From: a virus
Taxonomy: Duplodnaviria; Caudoviricetes
Direction: 5' to 3' (one strand)
IMG/VR virus record: IMGVR_UViG_3300007734_000734
Coordinates: 1-60,726 of that record
DNA length: 60,726 bases
A program made the translations under genes and the position numbers. The notes beneath the pieces are model-generated. The model had not been told where the DNA came from, ran no database searches, and was given only the letters and a program-made list of their open reading frames with translations. How positions within the stretch are numbered: the first letter of the stretch is position 1; each line of letters starts with the position of its first letter. Shown here piece by piece: positions 38,798 to 47,944 of this stretch.

Positions 38798-38875
38798 TTG
38801 TGCTATTTATTTAAGTTATTACTAATTTGAAAGTTCGTGCTTCTAAGTCCGCAACTAAATATACCTGCGAACCGC
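38746..38875 (-). mobile_element. integron attC-like site (partial)
   Basis: 19-bp imperfect inverted repeat (38849-38867 / 38758-38776) followed by ATG-TTATAGGCA core-like site. Confidence 0.6.
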
Positions 38876-39223
38876 TGAATTTATGCCCTTGGTTTCAAGA
38901 AACAACATCATATTTTGTCCTACCTGCTCAAACATGGCTTCTGATCCCACCTGCGAAGTAGACACTTTATAAAACGTGTGTTTAGGATTGTAACTGTCGT
39001 TTTTACTTCCACCTTGTAGCACCGTTCCAAATCGTTTACGATCACCGGCCTTGTTTATTGCTTGTGCCTGACTTTTACTCAACGCTTGAACCGTGTTGCC
39101 TGTTTTATGATTAATTATGTTGACACAGCCATACACTTCTACTGTGCTGCAGCCAACACATTCTAAGTAGCCTAAACTTGTTCTCTTAGGTGAAAGTACA
39201 CTGCCACATTTACTACATTCCAT
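38855..39223 (-). CDS. zinc-finger protein, C-terminus runs into attC-like site
   Basis: CSKC...CVGC. Confidence 0.75.
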   Translation of the reverse strand: MECSKCGSVLSPKRTSLGYLECVGCSTVEVYGCVNIINHKTGNTVQALSKSQAQAINKAGDRKRFGTVLQGGSKNDSYNPKHTFYKVSTSQVGSEAMFEQVGQNMMLFLETKGINSAVRRYI

Positions 39224-39235
39224 TTATCAATTGTT

Positions 39236-39418
39236 TTACTTGTCTTCAATGTTAAAGTATCCTACTATTGACCCTAAGCCAATCAATGAACTTATTGTGT
39301 ACACCGCTTCTGCTTTACCTACTGGTTCCCAGTTACAGCTAAATGCTTTAACAATGCACTTTACTTCACCTACTAAGGCTACTATTACTATTGTCAACAC
39401 TATTATTAATTTTTTCAT
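39236..39418 (-). CDS. small membrane protein
   Basis: 60 aa, two hydrophobic segments; promoter element upstream. Confidence 0.7.
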   Translation of the reverse strand: MKKLIIVLTIVIVALVGEVKCIVKAFSCNWEPVGKAEAVYTISSLIGLGSIVGYFNIEDK

Positions 39419-39483
39419 GGTATATGTTTTTTACGTTTAATTAAATATACGATTGTTTAACCCATCAGCCAAACATATGGCAA

Positions 39484-40146
39484 TCATTGTTTGTTCAACA
39501 GTTTATCAATAAAATTTATGAAACGCGTAAACAAATTATTTTTAGTTTTACCAACAGCCAATACTTTAACTGAGTCAACAGTTAAAATGTCTTTCTGTTT
39601 GACATTGTAGTACCATCTTTCACTATTGTACTTTGCTATTGGATTTACTTCACCTAATTCTTCATAAGATTCTCCTACCATACTGTAAACCTCCTTAAGA
39701 TTTGTAGGCACCTTACCTAACATGTTGCCCAACAGTACAGCGAATGTATTATTTGACTCATTTACTTGAGCCTGATTTCCTTCCACACCACAGTATTTTG
39801 CCTCACTTACCTCACTGATAAACATTCCACTGTACATTGCGTCTAACTGATGATGTTTGATGAATTTATCTGCGTTGCACCATACTGCAATAAGCTGTTT
39901 TCCTCGCAAATGTTTTACCATCGAGTCGCCTACAGCCATAATTCCCTTACCGATGCGTGATATGTTAAACAAGCCACTTGACGCTCCATGGCCTAACATT
40001 ATGATTGTGCTATGTGACTGAATCAACAATGTGAGTTTATCTTGTGAAACGTTTTTCCTAACCACAGTCTTATTTTTTATGCCTGCGTAGATGGGCTTAA
40101 GGAAATCAGTGCTTCTATCGTCTGGGTGAATAACTAGTGTTTTCAT
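39484..40146 (-). CDS. putative caspase/gingipain-fold (clan CD) peptidase-like protein
   Basis: IIMLGHG and LIAVWC: His-Gly and Cys each after a hydrophobic strand. Confidence 0.5.
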   Translation of the reverse strand: MKTLVIHPDDRSTDFLKPIYAGIKNKTVVRKNVSQDKLTLLIQSHSTIIMLGHGASSGLFNISRIGKGIMAVGDSMVKHLRGKQLIAVWCNADKFIKHHQLDAMYSGMFISEVSEAKYCGVEGNQAQVNESNNTFAVLLGNMLGKVPTNLKEVYSMVGESYEELGEVNPIAKYNSERWYYNVKQKDILTVDSVKVLAVGKTKNNLFTRFINFIDKLLNKQ

Positions 40147-40252
40147 ATTTTTTATTTATGATTAAATATACTATTGAAAGTTTAATAAGCCTAATAGGTA
40201 AAATGTTACTTCGTTTGATAAAACGATGTGTGTGGCTTTTAAAGTGAAAACC

Positions 40253-40426
40253 TTACAATATGCTGTTGATTTTTTTACGAGATATCCATTCCAATCCTTC
40301 TTGCAAAGTGTCAACAGCCATCATTGTACCTTGTCCCAACACATACCATCCATCACTCCTAAGTTCTACTCTTAACTCTCCACTTAAGTCGAAAGTTTCA
40401 CCGTCTGAAAATGTTAATTTGCTCAT
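40253..40426 (-). CDS. hypothetical protein (57 aa)
   Basis: Not in track: MSKLTFSDGETFDLSGELRVELRSDGWYVLGQGTMMAVD... Confidence 0.65.
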   Translation of the reverse strand: MSKLTFSDGETFDLSGELRVELRSDGWYVLGQGTMMAVDTLQEGLEWISRKKINSIL

Positions 40427-40474
40427 GTTTATAGGTTTTAAATTTATAATTAAATATACTATCTTTTTACCAAA

Positions 40475-40651
40475 TCAGTTTGGTTTATTTGTTGTACATA
40501 TCAATCCAATTACACCTACACTTCCAAACATTAAAAATGTTGTTATGGCACACATAAATTGACTGTTGTCCTTTGCAATTATCAGTCCAATAAGTGACAA
40601 CATTTGTGCAATGACTGCAACAATTATTATAATAATTTTTAATTTTTTCAT
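40475..40651 (-). CDS. small two-TM membrane protein (58 aa)
   Basis: Not in track: MKKLKIIIIIVAVIAQMLSLIGLII...; promoter element upstream. Confidence 0.6.
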   Translation of the reverse strand: MKKLKIIIIIVAVIAQMLSLIGLIIAKDNSQFMCAITTFLMFGSVGVIGLICTTNKPN

Positions 40652-40747
40652 AGTTTTAGTTTTAGGTTTACATTTTTTTAACTAAAGTAAATATATGCAG
40701 TAAAGTGGAGTAGGCCTAACAGCCCACCACCCCACTACTTAACATTA

Positions 40748-41053
40748 TTATTGCTTTACTTCACCTCTTTCTAACGTCACTAAGTCATTTACTATTGACT
40801 CAACTGTTACTTTTGGTCTGCCCCTTTTAACTTCAATTCCTGCGGCAATCTTTTCTGCTCGTGCTGTCAAAATTAACTGACGTTTACTACCCGCAACACT
40901 TGGTCTTCCTTTTTTAAACGTACCCGCTGCTTTTGCTGATGCTCGTGCTGTCAAAATTAACTGACGTTTACTATTAGCATTTGCTGGACGACCTTTTTTC
41001 TTAGCTTCAACCGCTGACGCAGGAGCTGTTTGTTTGTTGTTTACTTTTCCCAT
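40748..41053 (-). CDS. AT-hook repeat basic DNA-binding protein
   Basis: KKKGRP, KKGRP, KRGRPK; exact 34-bp internal repeat 40856-40889 / 40940-40973. Confidence 0.75.
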   Translation of the reverse strand: MGKVNNKQTAPASAVEAKKKGRPANANSKRQLILTARASAKAAGTFKKGRPSVAGSKRQLILTARAEKIAAGIEVKRGRPKVTVESIVNDLVTLERGEVKQ

Positions 41054-41119
41054 AGTTTTAAGTTTTAAATTATTTATTTATGTCCTAAATATATGCAATT
41101 GAATCATGTAAGCCTAATA

Positions 41120-41320
41120 CTATATTAAAGTCAAATCTGATTCTTTAACACTGTTAAATTGTACCATTTTTGATCTACTGTCCCAGGCTACAACATACAT
41201 TCTTTCATTGTCTACTACTTCTAAATTTTCTTCATAATTCCTCCAACAATCCCAAATATGACCTTTCAATTTACTGTTACTTATTACTTTTACCTTATCA
41301 TTAATGTTAAATGGTCTCAT
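41120..41320 (-). CDS. hypothetical protein
   Basis: 66 aa cassette gene between promoter elements. Confidence 0.7.
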   Translation of the reverse strand: MRPFNINDKVKVISNSKLKGHIWDCWRNYEENLEVVDNERMYVVAWDSRSKMVQFNSVKESDLTLI

Positions 41321-41401
41321 TTTTTTAAGTTTTAAGTTAGTACTTATTTTTCTTACCTAGTAAATATATGTAATTCAATAGTGTAATCCTAATCAGTTCA
41401 C

Positions 41402-41722
41402 TTAACCATGTTCCATGTCTATGTCATCTACCTCACACATTCGTCCATCTAACATTTCTTCTTCTAACATTGTCACTTCATCAAAGTCTCCAAATACAAT
41501 AAAGTTACCTCCTTGTCCACACATGTAACCATATCTGTCACAATAGTCTTGTTTTTCAGTCATCCAATCATTCAATAATGTGAAATACTGTTCTTTCGTA
41601 ATTAACAATTTCACATCATCACCATCTTCATCATCGTCAAAGTATCCTTCTACTATAATTCCTTCTTTTACAACCCCTATAATCTCAGTTGACTGACTAA
41701 ACACTACTCTTCCTTTTTTCAT
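41402..41722 (-). CDS. acidic hypothetical protein
   Basis: 106 aa cassette gene. Confidence 0.7.
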   Translation of the reverse strand: MKKGRVVFSQSTEIIGVVKEGIIVEGYFDDDEDGDDVKLLITKEQYFTLLNDWMTEKQDYCDRYGYMCGQGGNFIVFGDFDEVTMLEEEMLDGRMCEVDDIDMEHG

Positions 41723-41802
41723 ATTTTTATAGTTTTAAGTTAATACTTATTTTTCTTATATCCTAAATATATGTGAAACCATAGTGTAAGCCTAACATTG
41801 AT

Positions 41803-42135
41803 TTAAGTCAATTTAATCAATGTGTAAACACTATTTTTGGTAGAAAATTTAACAAATGAATGACCATCATCCTCTATTACTTCTACTAGTTCAGTTGTTT
41901 GCCAAGTGTAAAATGAGTTAAAAGGCGACATAATTAATGAACGACCAACTCCATATGTGCTGTGACTTTCTTTAAAGGTACTGTCTTCATTCCACTCAAT
42001 CCACTTAATGTCTTTTGACTGTTTAACCAGTCCATCTCGTTGGCGAATCAATTTCCAATTGAATTTATCTTCTAAAACTCCTTGTTTTACACCAATTTTT
42101 ACTAGTGCCTCTTCATCAATTTTTACACTTTTCAT
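41803..42135 (-). CDS. hypothetical protein
   Basis: 110 aa; YTWQTT...F-TKNSVY motif. Confidence 0.75.
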   Translation of the reverse strand: MKSVKIDEEALVKIGVKQGVLEDKFNWKLIRQRDGLVKQSKDIKWIEWNEDSTFKESHSTYGVGRSLIMSPFNSFYTWQTTELVEVIEDDGHSFVKFSTKNSVYTLIKLT

Positions 42136-42314
42136 AATTTTTAATTAAGATTAATACACAAACTCATTTCTTCTACTTTATTGTTGCCCCAAATAAAGAA
42201 TATTTGTTCTACTATTGTTACTTCAAACATGTTTTTCTTTTTCATAGTCTTTATTTTTATTAGTTTAACTTATTTTTCTTATGATGTAAATATATGAAAC
42301 TGAGTTGTGGAAGC

Positions 42315-42563
42315 CTAACAGTCCATTCTAATTACATAACATGATACAAGACCTTCGTCGCCTTCAAAGTCTTCATCATATTCAGGAATTTTAATTTCTC
42401 CCTCTAATCCATTTTCTTCACATGGATACACTTCATCTAATTCAATTGTTGTGTTGTCGACTACTTGTCCGTAGTCCCAGCCGGTTGGATCAGTAGCTAA
42501 AATTACCAATTCTTTTTCTTGATCTAGTGTTTGTAGATGTACAATTAAGTCTTTAATTTTCAT
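42315..42563 (-). CDS. acidic hypothetical protein
   Basis: 82 aa; TAG stop inside next element. Confidence 0.75.
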   Translation of the reverse strand: MKIKDLIVHLQTLDQEKELVILATDPTGWDYGQVVDNTTIELDEVYPCEENGLEGEIKIPEYDEDFEGDEGLVSCYVIRMDC

Positions 42564-42631
42564 GTGTGTGTTTTTTAGGTTAGTATTTATTTTTTCTTAT
42601 GATTAAATATATGTAACGGTGTTGTGGAAGC

Positions 42632-42817
42632 CTAAAATTGAATTAAGTCAATTGGCCTTTCATTTGTCACTTTCCCATTACGTGTTATTTTAACGTTTGG
42701 GTCCATTCCAGATGCTACTACATCATCAACCAATTCCATTATTGAGTTGAATGTTTTGTGATAGTATGAACATTTTAGTCCATATACACTTGTACTTTTC
42801 TTATATCTTTTTTCCAT
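42632..42817 (-). CDS. hypothetical protein
   Basis: 61 aa; TAG stop inside next element. Confidence 0.7.
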   Translation of the reverse strand: MEKRYKKSTSVYGLKCSYYHKTFNSIMELVDDVVASGMDPNVKITRNGKVTNERPIDLIQF

Positions 42818-43403
42818 ACAGTAAATATATGAAGTGGGGCTGTGTCAGCCTAGCCAAAGACTATGATAGCCAATTAGTATATTCTAATCGGCTTGCTGTG
42901 GCAATCTTTAAGTTCACAATAATTTGTTCGTCCAAGAACAACCAAGGCGACGTTTATGTTTTTACTACACTACTTAAAGAACGATGAATTTTTATGAAGG
43001 GCAACATTCACATTGTCTTTAACCCTATGGGAGATGTTACTAATTGCTGCACCGAAGTCTCTTCACTTTATTCAATTATACGTATGTCAACAAAGTAAAA
43101 AGTCCATCAGCTGTTTTGCCTCACTTAAGACGCTTTACTTAACTAATTTTACTTAAACGGCGCCCTTTATCATTATTATTAAGCTGAGTAAAATAAACGC
43201 TGTTTGCTATTTTTACTTACATTTTACTTTTTACCCTACACAGTAAACTAATTATTAGGTACAATGTGGCCACTATGGCTACTGCTTCTACTATTTCTGT
43301 CATTTTTTTTAAATTAAGTGTGTAAAAAAGGTAAGGCAAAGATTTTAACTCGCAACTCACTGTTTAGGTGTGTGTTTCTGTTACACCACTTACCTTTAGA
43401 CTG

Positions 43404-43565
43404 TTACTCTGTTAAACTTTTATACTTTACTAAGTACTCTTCATACATGCCTTCATTGACCTTCTTTAACTTTACCAGCCAACCCGCGACCTCTTTAGGC
43501 TCCTTTGTTTTATTTTTCAAGCCCATCAAGCCGCCTATGACTTTTTTAATTATTACTTCTTCCAT
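43404..43565 (-). CDS. hypothetical protein (53 aa)
   Basis: Not in track: MEEVIIKKVIGGLMGLKNKTKEPKEVAGWLVKLKKVNEGMYEEYLVKYKSLTE. Confidence 0.6.
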   Translation of the reverse strand: MEEVIIKKVIGGLMGLKNKTKEPKEVAGWLVKLKKVNEGMYEEYLVKYKSLTE

Positions 43566-43605
43566 AATAGTTGTTTTTTAAAAGTGTAAGTGTAAGTGAC
43601 AATAA

Positions 43606-43630
43606 AGGGCGAATGACTTTCATTCGCCCT
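43606..43630 (-). terminator. intrinsic terminator
   Basis: AGGGCGAATGA-N3-TCATTCGCCCT, then TTATT on minus strand. Confidence 0.75.
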
Positions 43631-43640
43631 CTTACTCATG

Positions 43641-43922
43641 TTACTGTGCTTTTTCTTCAACTACTTTTACTTGAGCTGGACGACCTCTTTTAACTTCGAT
43701 TCCTTGAACTCTTTTTGCTTCACGTTCCGCTAACACTTGCTGTCTTTTACTAGAAGCTACTAATGGACGACCTTTTCTAAACGTTCCTAACTTTTTTGCT
43801 TCGTCTTGTTTTGCTAATTTTACTTGTCTAGCTGAATTAGCATTTGCTGGACGACCTTTTTTCTTTACTTCAGCTGCAACCGCGTTTGCAGGAGCTGTTT
43901 GTTTGTCTTTTTCTTTTTTCAT
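43641..43922 (-). CDS. AT-hook repeat basic DNA-binding protein (paralogue of 40748..41053)
   Basis: KQTAPA...KKKGRPANANS...FRKGRP...EVKRGRP. Confidence 0.75.
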   Translation of the reverse strand: MKKEKDKQTAPANAVAAEVKKKGRPANANSARQVKLAKQDEAKKLGTFRKGRPLVASSKRQQVLAEREAKRVQGIEVKRGRPAQVKVVEEKAQ

Positions 43923-43993
43923 AACCTTTATTTTTTAACTGTTAATACTTACTTTTCTTATGCTATAAATATACGCTAGTGAATTGTGTAAGC

Positions 43994-44143
43994 CTATTTG
44001 ACTTGTTTTAACTCTTCTTGCGTTTGTTTTACAACTCCTATTAAAAAGCCCAACAAATATTCAGATGAGTGTGTTCCGTTGTCTAATTTTACCCAGTCTA
44101 ACTTTTGCTGCAACCAATAAATTAAATTTTCTTGATTTTCCAT
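43994..44143 (-). CDS. hypothetical protein (49 aa)
   Basis: Not in track: MENQENLIYWLQQKLDW...; TAG stop inside next element. Confidence 0.6.
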   Translation of the reverse strand: MENQENLIYWLQQKLDWVKLDNGTHSSEYLLGFLIGVVKQTQEELKQVK

Positions 44144-44196
44144 AACTTTCATTTTTTATTTAACTAAATATACATTATTTTAACCTATAAGCCAAA

Positions 44197-44496
44197 CTAT
44201 TCACTGTCTAATGAAATGGCGCCATATTCTGTCATTCCTTGTTCAGCTGTCGGAATGTTTATCATCAACGACGTTTTTACCAAAAAATCAAACGTGTTCA
44301 ACGTTTCAATTCGTTTACACTTACTAAGTCTACTAAACGCAGCAGAACATATAAACTTTCCCAATTCTTGCAAACGTTTTTGAACATCATGTAAATGTTC
44401 TACAGCTGGACTGTCATAAGTCACTTGTGCCGTCGTTTTTTTTACGTTCTTTGACTCTTCTTGAATCCACGAACATTTAAATCCTATTTTATTCAT
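44197..44496 (-). CDS. hypothetical protein
   Basis: 99 aa cassette gene. Confidence 0.7.
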   Translation of the reverse strand: MNKIGFKCSWIQEESKNVKKTTAQVTYDSPAVEHLHDVQKRLQELGKFICSAAFSRLSKCKRIETLNTFDFLVKTSLMINIPTAEQGMTEYGAISLDSE

Positions 44497-44542
44497 AATT
44501 TTTTTTCTTATGATTAAATATATGTGACTGTACTTTGTAAGC

Positions 44543-44755
44543 CTAATGTCTTTTTACAAATAAAATGTTGAGCAACATTATGTGCATTTCTACGTTGAAC
44601 GCTATTTGGTCCCCTATTTGACGAAGTTCGTCAACATTGTGCCACTCTTTACGTTCTGTTGCGTCTTGGATGGCATAAGTCATGTCTTCTAACATATCAG
44701 ACTGAACGTTTAACACAGTCAACAATTGTTTTTCATATTTACTTTGACATTTCAT
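44543..44755 (-). CDS. hypothetical protein
   Basis: 70 aa; TAG stop inside element. Confidence 0.7.
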   Translation of the reverse strand: MKCQSKYEKQLLTVLNVQSDMLEDMTYAIQDATERKEWHNVDELRQIGDQIAFNVEMHIMLLNILFVKRH

Positions 44756-44948
44756 AATTTTTTCTTATAATGTAAATATATGTTGGTGAACTCTGTAAGC
44801 CTATATATATTTTACTAAAAGTTTAAAGGAAGGCTTGGCTTGCTGGGCAAAGGGCAACGTCTAACTATTTTAACACACACATTTATTTCATTTGTGTCAC
44901 TTACCCACACACTCACTTCTTTTACTTATTTGTTTACTCAACATTTTG

Positions 44949-45251
44949 TCACACATTCATCATTGCTTGTCTAATTTCACACTTTGCTTGTTGGGTTACT
45001 GTTTTACTGTAGCCTCCTATGTGCCACTCAATTGTGTCACTTTCACCTAACGATCTGTACTCTTTCCAATCATACACAGTAAACACATCACCATTGTCTG
45101 TTTCCATGGTCCATTCAAAGTTTACTTTACTTTGTCCATCGTTTGACTCACATTCTGGTTCGCCCAACACTTTCCTTAACGTTGACGTTGAACACTTAAT
45201 AGTTACTTCATAAAATGATGTTCCGTCTACTTCTTTACTTGTTGTTTTCAC
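44949..45251 (-). CDS. conserved hypothetical phage protein
   Basis: LGEP...KVNFEW...FTVYDWKEY...WHIGG; GTG start. Confidence 0.75.
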   Translation of the reverse strand: MKTTSKEVDGTSFYEVTIKCSTSTLRKVLGEPECESNDGQSKVNFEWTMETDNGDVFTVYDWKEYRSLGESDTIEWHIGGYSKTVTQQAKCEIRQAMMNV

Positions 45252-45300
45252 ATTGTTGTCTTTTTATTTGACTGAATATACGTTATTGAACCTTGTAAGC

Positions 45301-45498
45301 CTAATCAATTGTTTCAATGTACTTTACTTTACTCACTGTTTCCGACGACCAATCTACTTTTTCTTCTACTTCCTCTCCCTCTCCTCTTTCATTTCCCTCT
45401 ACTATTTGTTGTTGGGCCTCTTCCTTCGTTTCAGCTTCTACAATGTATTGAATTGTTTTAGTGACTTGTACTTGAGTTGTGATTCTATACACTTTCAT
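45301..45498 (-). CDS. hypothetical protein
   Basis: 65 aa; VEAETKEEA motif; TAG in element. Confidence 0.7.
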   Translation of the reverse strand: MKVYRITTQVQVTKTIQYIVEAETKEEAQQQIVEGNERGEGEEVEEKVDWSSETVSKVKYIETID

Positions 45499-45569
45499 AT
45501 TTTTACATTTTAAATTGTTTAACTTATCTTTTCTTATAAACTAAATATATGTTCAAGAACTTTGTAAGC

Positions 45570-45923
45570 CTAAGTACTTTTATGTCTATAACCTTTACCA
45601 TTAATTATTCTTTCTTCATTTGTTTCTACATCCAACCATTTTTTAGCTTTTTTGATGTAACCGGGTATTCCAGATCCTTCTATTAATGATTTATTTCCTT
45701 TAAATACTTTTGTTTCAACCCAATATAAATCGACATTTGTGTTGGTTGTAAAGTTAGGTTCTGACATTTTAACATCTTGTGTTCTATATCCGAATGTTTT
45801 TAACTTATATTTTTTACCTGTTGATGAAGTGTACTTTTCTTCTTCTAATAAAAAACAGTAGTTGTTGTTGTAGCCCCCACTAAATTCATTTTTACGTTTT
45901 GTTTTTGAAATAAGTTTTATCAT
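45570..45923 (-). CDS. hypothetical protein
   Basis: 117 aa; TAG in element. Confidence 0.7.
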   Translation of the reverse strand: MIKLISKTKRKNEFSGGYNNNYCFLLEEEKYTSSTGKKYKLKTFGYRTQDVKMSEPNFTTNTNVDLYWVETKVFKGNKSLIEGSGIPGYIKKAKKWLDVETNEERIINGKGYRHKST

Positions 45924-46029
45924 AGTTGTGTGTTTTAAATTGTTTAACTTATCTTTTTTCTTATAAACTAAATATATGAAAGGGAAACTTGTAAGCCAAG
46001 CACCCCCCCTTCAATTAAACACACACTGT

Positions 46030-46365
46030 TTACTTTTCTAATGCGTCCAAATATGTTTGAACGTCTTCATCTGTTACTTCGTCACCATTACTTATTTCTT
46101 GTGAAATCTCTGACAATACATCATACGTTTCTACATTAATTTCTAATTCTAATCTATTTAATTCAATAGTGACATGGTCATCTATGTTAATGTTTACTTC
46201 TTCAATTTCATTTTTAATCTTTTTAATTGTTGAGCTTTGAATTGCATTCGCAAATTCTTTTAACTGTTCACGTGTTAACACAATTTTGTTGTCTAAAACT
46301 ACTGTGCTGTTGATGCGTTTTGCTAACGCTGCTAACTCTTGTTGTAATTCTTCTAGTTGTGTCAT
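46030..46365 (-). CDS. hypothetical protein
   Basis: Start moved to ATG 46365 (MTQLEE), downstream of promoter element 46387-46418. Confidence 0.7.
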   Translation of the reverse strand: MTQLEELQQELAALAKRINSTVVLDNKIVLTREQLKEFANAIQSSTIKKIKNEIEEVNINIDDHVTIELNRLELEINVETYDVLSEISQEISNGDEVTDEDVQTYLDALEK

Positions 46366-46414
46366 ATTTTTATTTTTTAAGTTGTTTAAATATATATTAA
46401 TTAACTTTGTAGGC

Positions 46415-46621
46415 CTAACAAATGTAATTAGCAACATATCCTTGAACGTCTGTTACTTTTAAATATTTAACAATAGCTTCTTTCAATCCTTTTTGATCGT
46501 CTAAAAATGAATCAGCAATGTCAAATGCTGCATCCGCACCATATTCTTCACCATTTTCTTTACACGCTGATTTTAACTCATTGAGTTCTTTTTTAATTAA
46601 TTCTTTAGTCCAGTTTTTCAT
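46415..46621 (-). CDS. hypothetical protein
   Basis: 68 aa; TAG in element. Confidence 0.7.
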   Translation of the reverse strand: MKNWTKELIKKELNELKSACKENGEEYGADAAFDIADSFLDDQKGLKEAIVKYLKVTDVQGYVANYIC

Positions 46622-46689
46622 AGTTTTTGTTTTTAAGTTAACACTTTCTTTTCTTATGATGTAAATATATGTTGGAAGATTTTGTAAGC

Positions 46690-46950
46690 CTAATCGCTTG
46701 CTTTAAATGTGCCTATGTACAAGTCACCTTCAAAAAATGACGGTTCATATTCTTTATGATCTGCTATCATATCATTTATTTCATAAAATGTACTGTACTC
46801 TGCTAATTCTAATTCACGACAAACACATATTACTTGTGCCCCATCTCCTTGTGTTGGATGTTCAACAAATTCAATTGTTTGTCCTTTTGAGTTGATTAAG
46901 ATGTCGTACCTTGTTGGATTATACGACATTAACTTTTTATAATTTATCAT
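46690..46950 (-). CDS. hypothetical protein
   Basis: 86 aa; EHPTQGD motif; TAG in element. Confidence 0.7.
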   Translation of the reverse strand: MINYKKLMSYNPTRYDILINSKGQTIEFVEHPTQGDGAQVICVCRELELAEYSTFYEINDMIADHKEYEPSFFEGDLYIGTFKASD

Positions 46951-47000
46951 AACCTTTATTTTTTATTTAACTTAAATATATGTTCTCCTACTTTGTAGGC

Positions 47001-47207
47001 CTAGTCTTCTACTTCTTCATATTCTCCTTCATCATTGAAATTTTTCATCCACAACATAAGACATCGTTTACATTCTTGTTTAGATTCATTTTCAAATTCA
47101 TCTTCAACATATGGAAGTGCTCCATACATGTTAGTAATTCCTGATTCACGCAATTCATTCAAGTATGTTAGAATGTTTTGTTCTGTTTTTGTTGTTTTTC
47201 TTGCCAT
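47001..47207 (-). CDS. conserved hypothetical phage protein
   Basis: YLNELRESGITNMYGALPY motif; TAG in element. Confidence 0.75.
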   Translation of the reverse strand: MARKTTKTEQNILTYLNELRESGITNMYGALPYVEDEFENESKQECKRCLMLWMKNFNDEGEYEEVED

Positions 47208-47212
47208 AACCT

Positions 47213-47359
47213 TTACTTTTTAAATTCATTAATAATTAATTTTCGACCTTTATCATACTGTTCTAATGTGATGTTGCCATATATTAAATAAGTAGTCAAC
47301 ATTCCCATTGCCATTGATTTAGTTGGAGCACTTTCAATTATTTTCTTTATCTTTTTCAT
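47213..47359 (-). CDS. hypothetical protein (48 aa)
   Basis: Not in track: MKKIKKIIESAPTKSMAMGMLTTYLIYG... Confidence 0.55.
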   Translation of the reverse strand: MKKIKKIIESAPTKSMAMGMLTTYLIYGNITLEQYDKGRKLIINEFKK

Positions 47360-47391
47360 GTTTTAAATATATGTTGATGAGTTTTGTAAGC

Positions 47392-47613
47392 CTATCTATC
47401 TTCTTCTGAAAAGCCTGCACTGTCATATTCTGGTCCTAAATCTTCTTCAGGTTGACATGTCTCATCATATTTATCAATCATATTTTTACATATGTTCAAC
47501 AACATTTCACGATATTTATGTTCACGGTCTGACAACTCTTCATTAAGACTGTGATAACAATCTATCAAGTCACGGTAAGTGTTTTCAAATTTACAATAAC
47601 CCATGTTTGCCAT
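47392..47613 (-). CDS. conserved hypothetical phage protein
   Basis: MANMGYCKFENTYRDLIDC; TAG in element. Confidence 0.75.
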   Translation of the reverse strand: MANMGYCKFENTYRDLIDCYHSLNEELSDREHKYREMLLNICKNMIDKYDETCQPEEDLGPEYDSAGFSEEDR

Positions 47614-47682
47614 ATTTTTATTTTTTTAGTTTATTTTTTCTTATGTCTTAAATATATGTTGCTTTACTTTATAAGCCTAACA

Positions 47683-47898
47683 TTATAATTTGCTAACCAA
47701 TAAAAAGTAAGATATAAATGTTCTTACTAGTGATGAGTCTCTGTCGTCATAGTGTCCTGACTTCATTTTATACACCACTTCAAAACCATATTTCTGTTTT
47801 CTACACTTAACTAACTCTGACGCTGATGAACCACATTTTCTTAAAATGTCTTGTTCTGAACAGATGTGTAATCTTTTATCATACATAAACTTTTTCAT
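47683..47898 (-). CDS. hypothetical protein
   Basis: 71 aa cassette gene. Confidence 0.65.
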   Translation of the reverse strand: MKKFMYDKRLHICSEQDILRKCGSSASELVKCRKQKYGFEVVYKMKSGHYDDRDSSLVRTFISYFLLVSKL

Positions 47899-47944
47899 AG
47901 TCTTTATTTTTTATCTTAAATATATGTTGATAAGTTTTGTAAGC

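Noticed and set aside
46366-46437. N-terminal extension of ORF 46030..46437
   Set aside because: Overlaps the upstream gene and the promoter element; ATG 46365 is the better start
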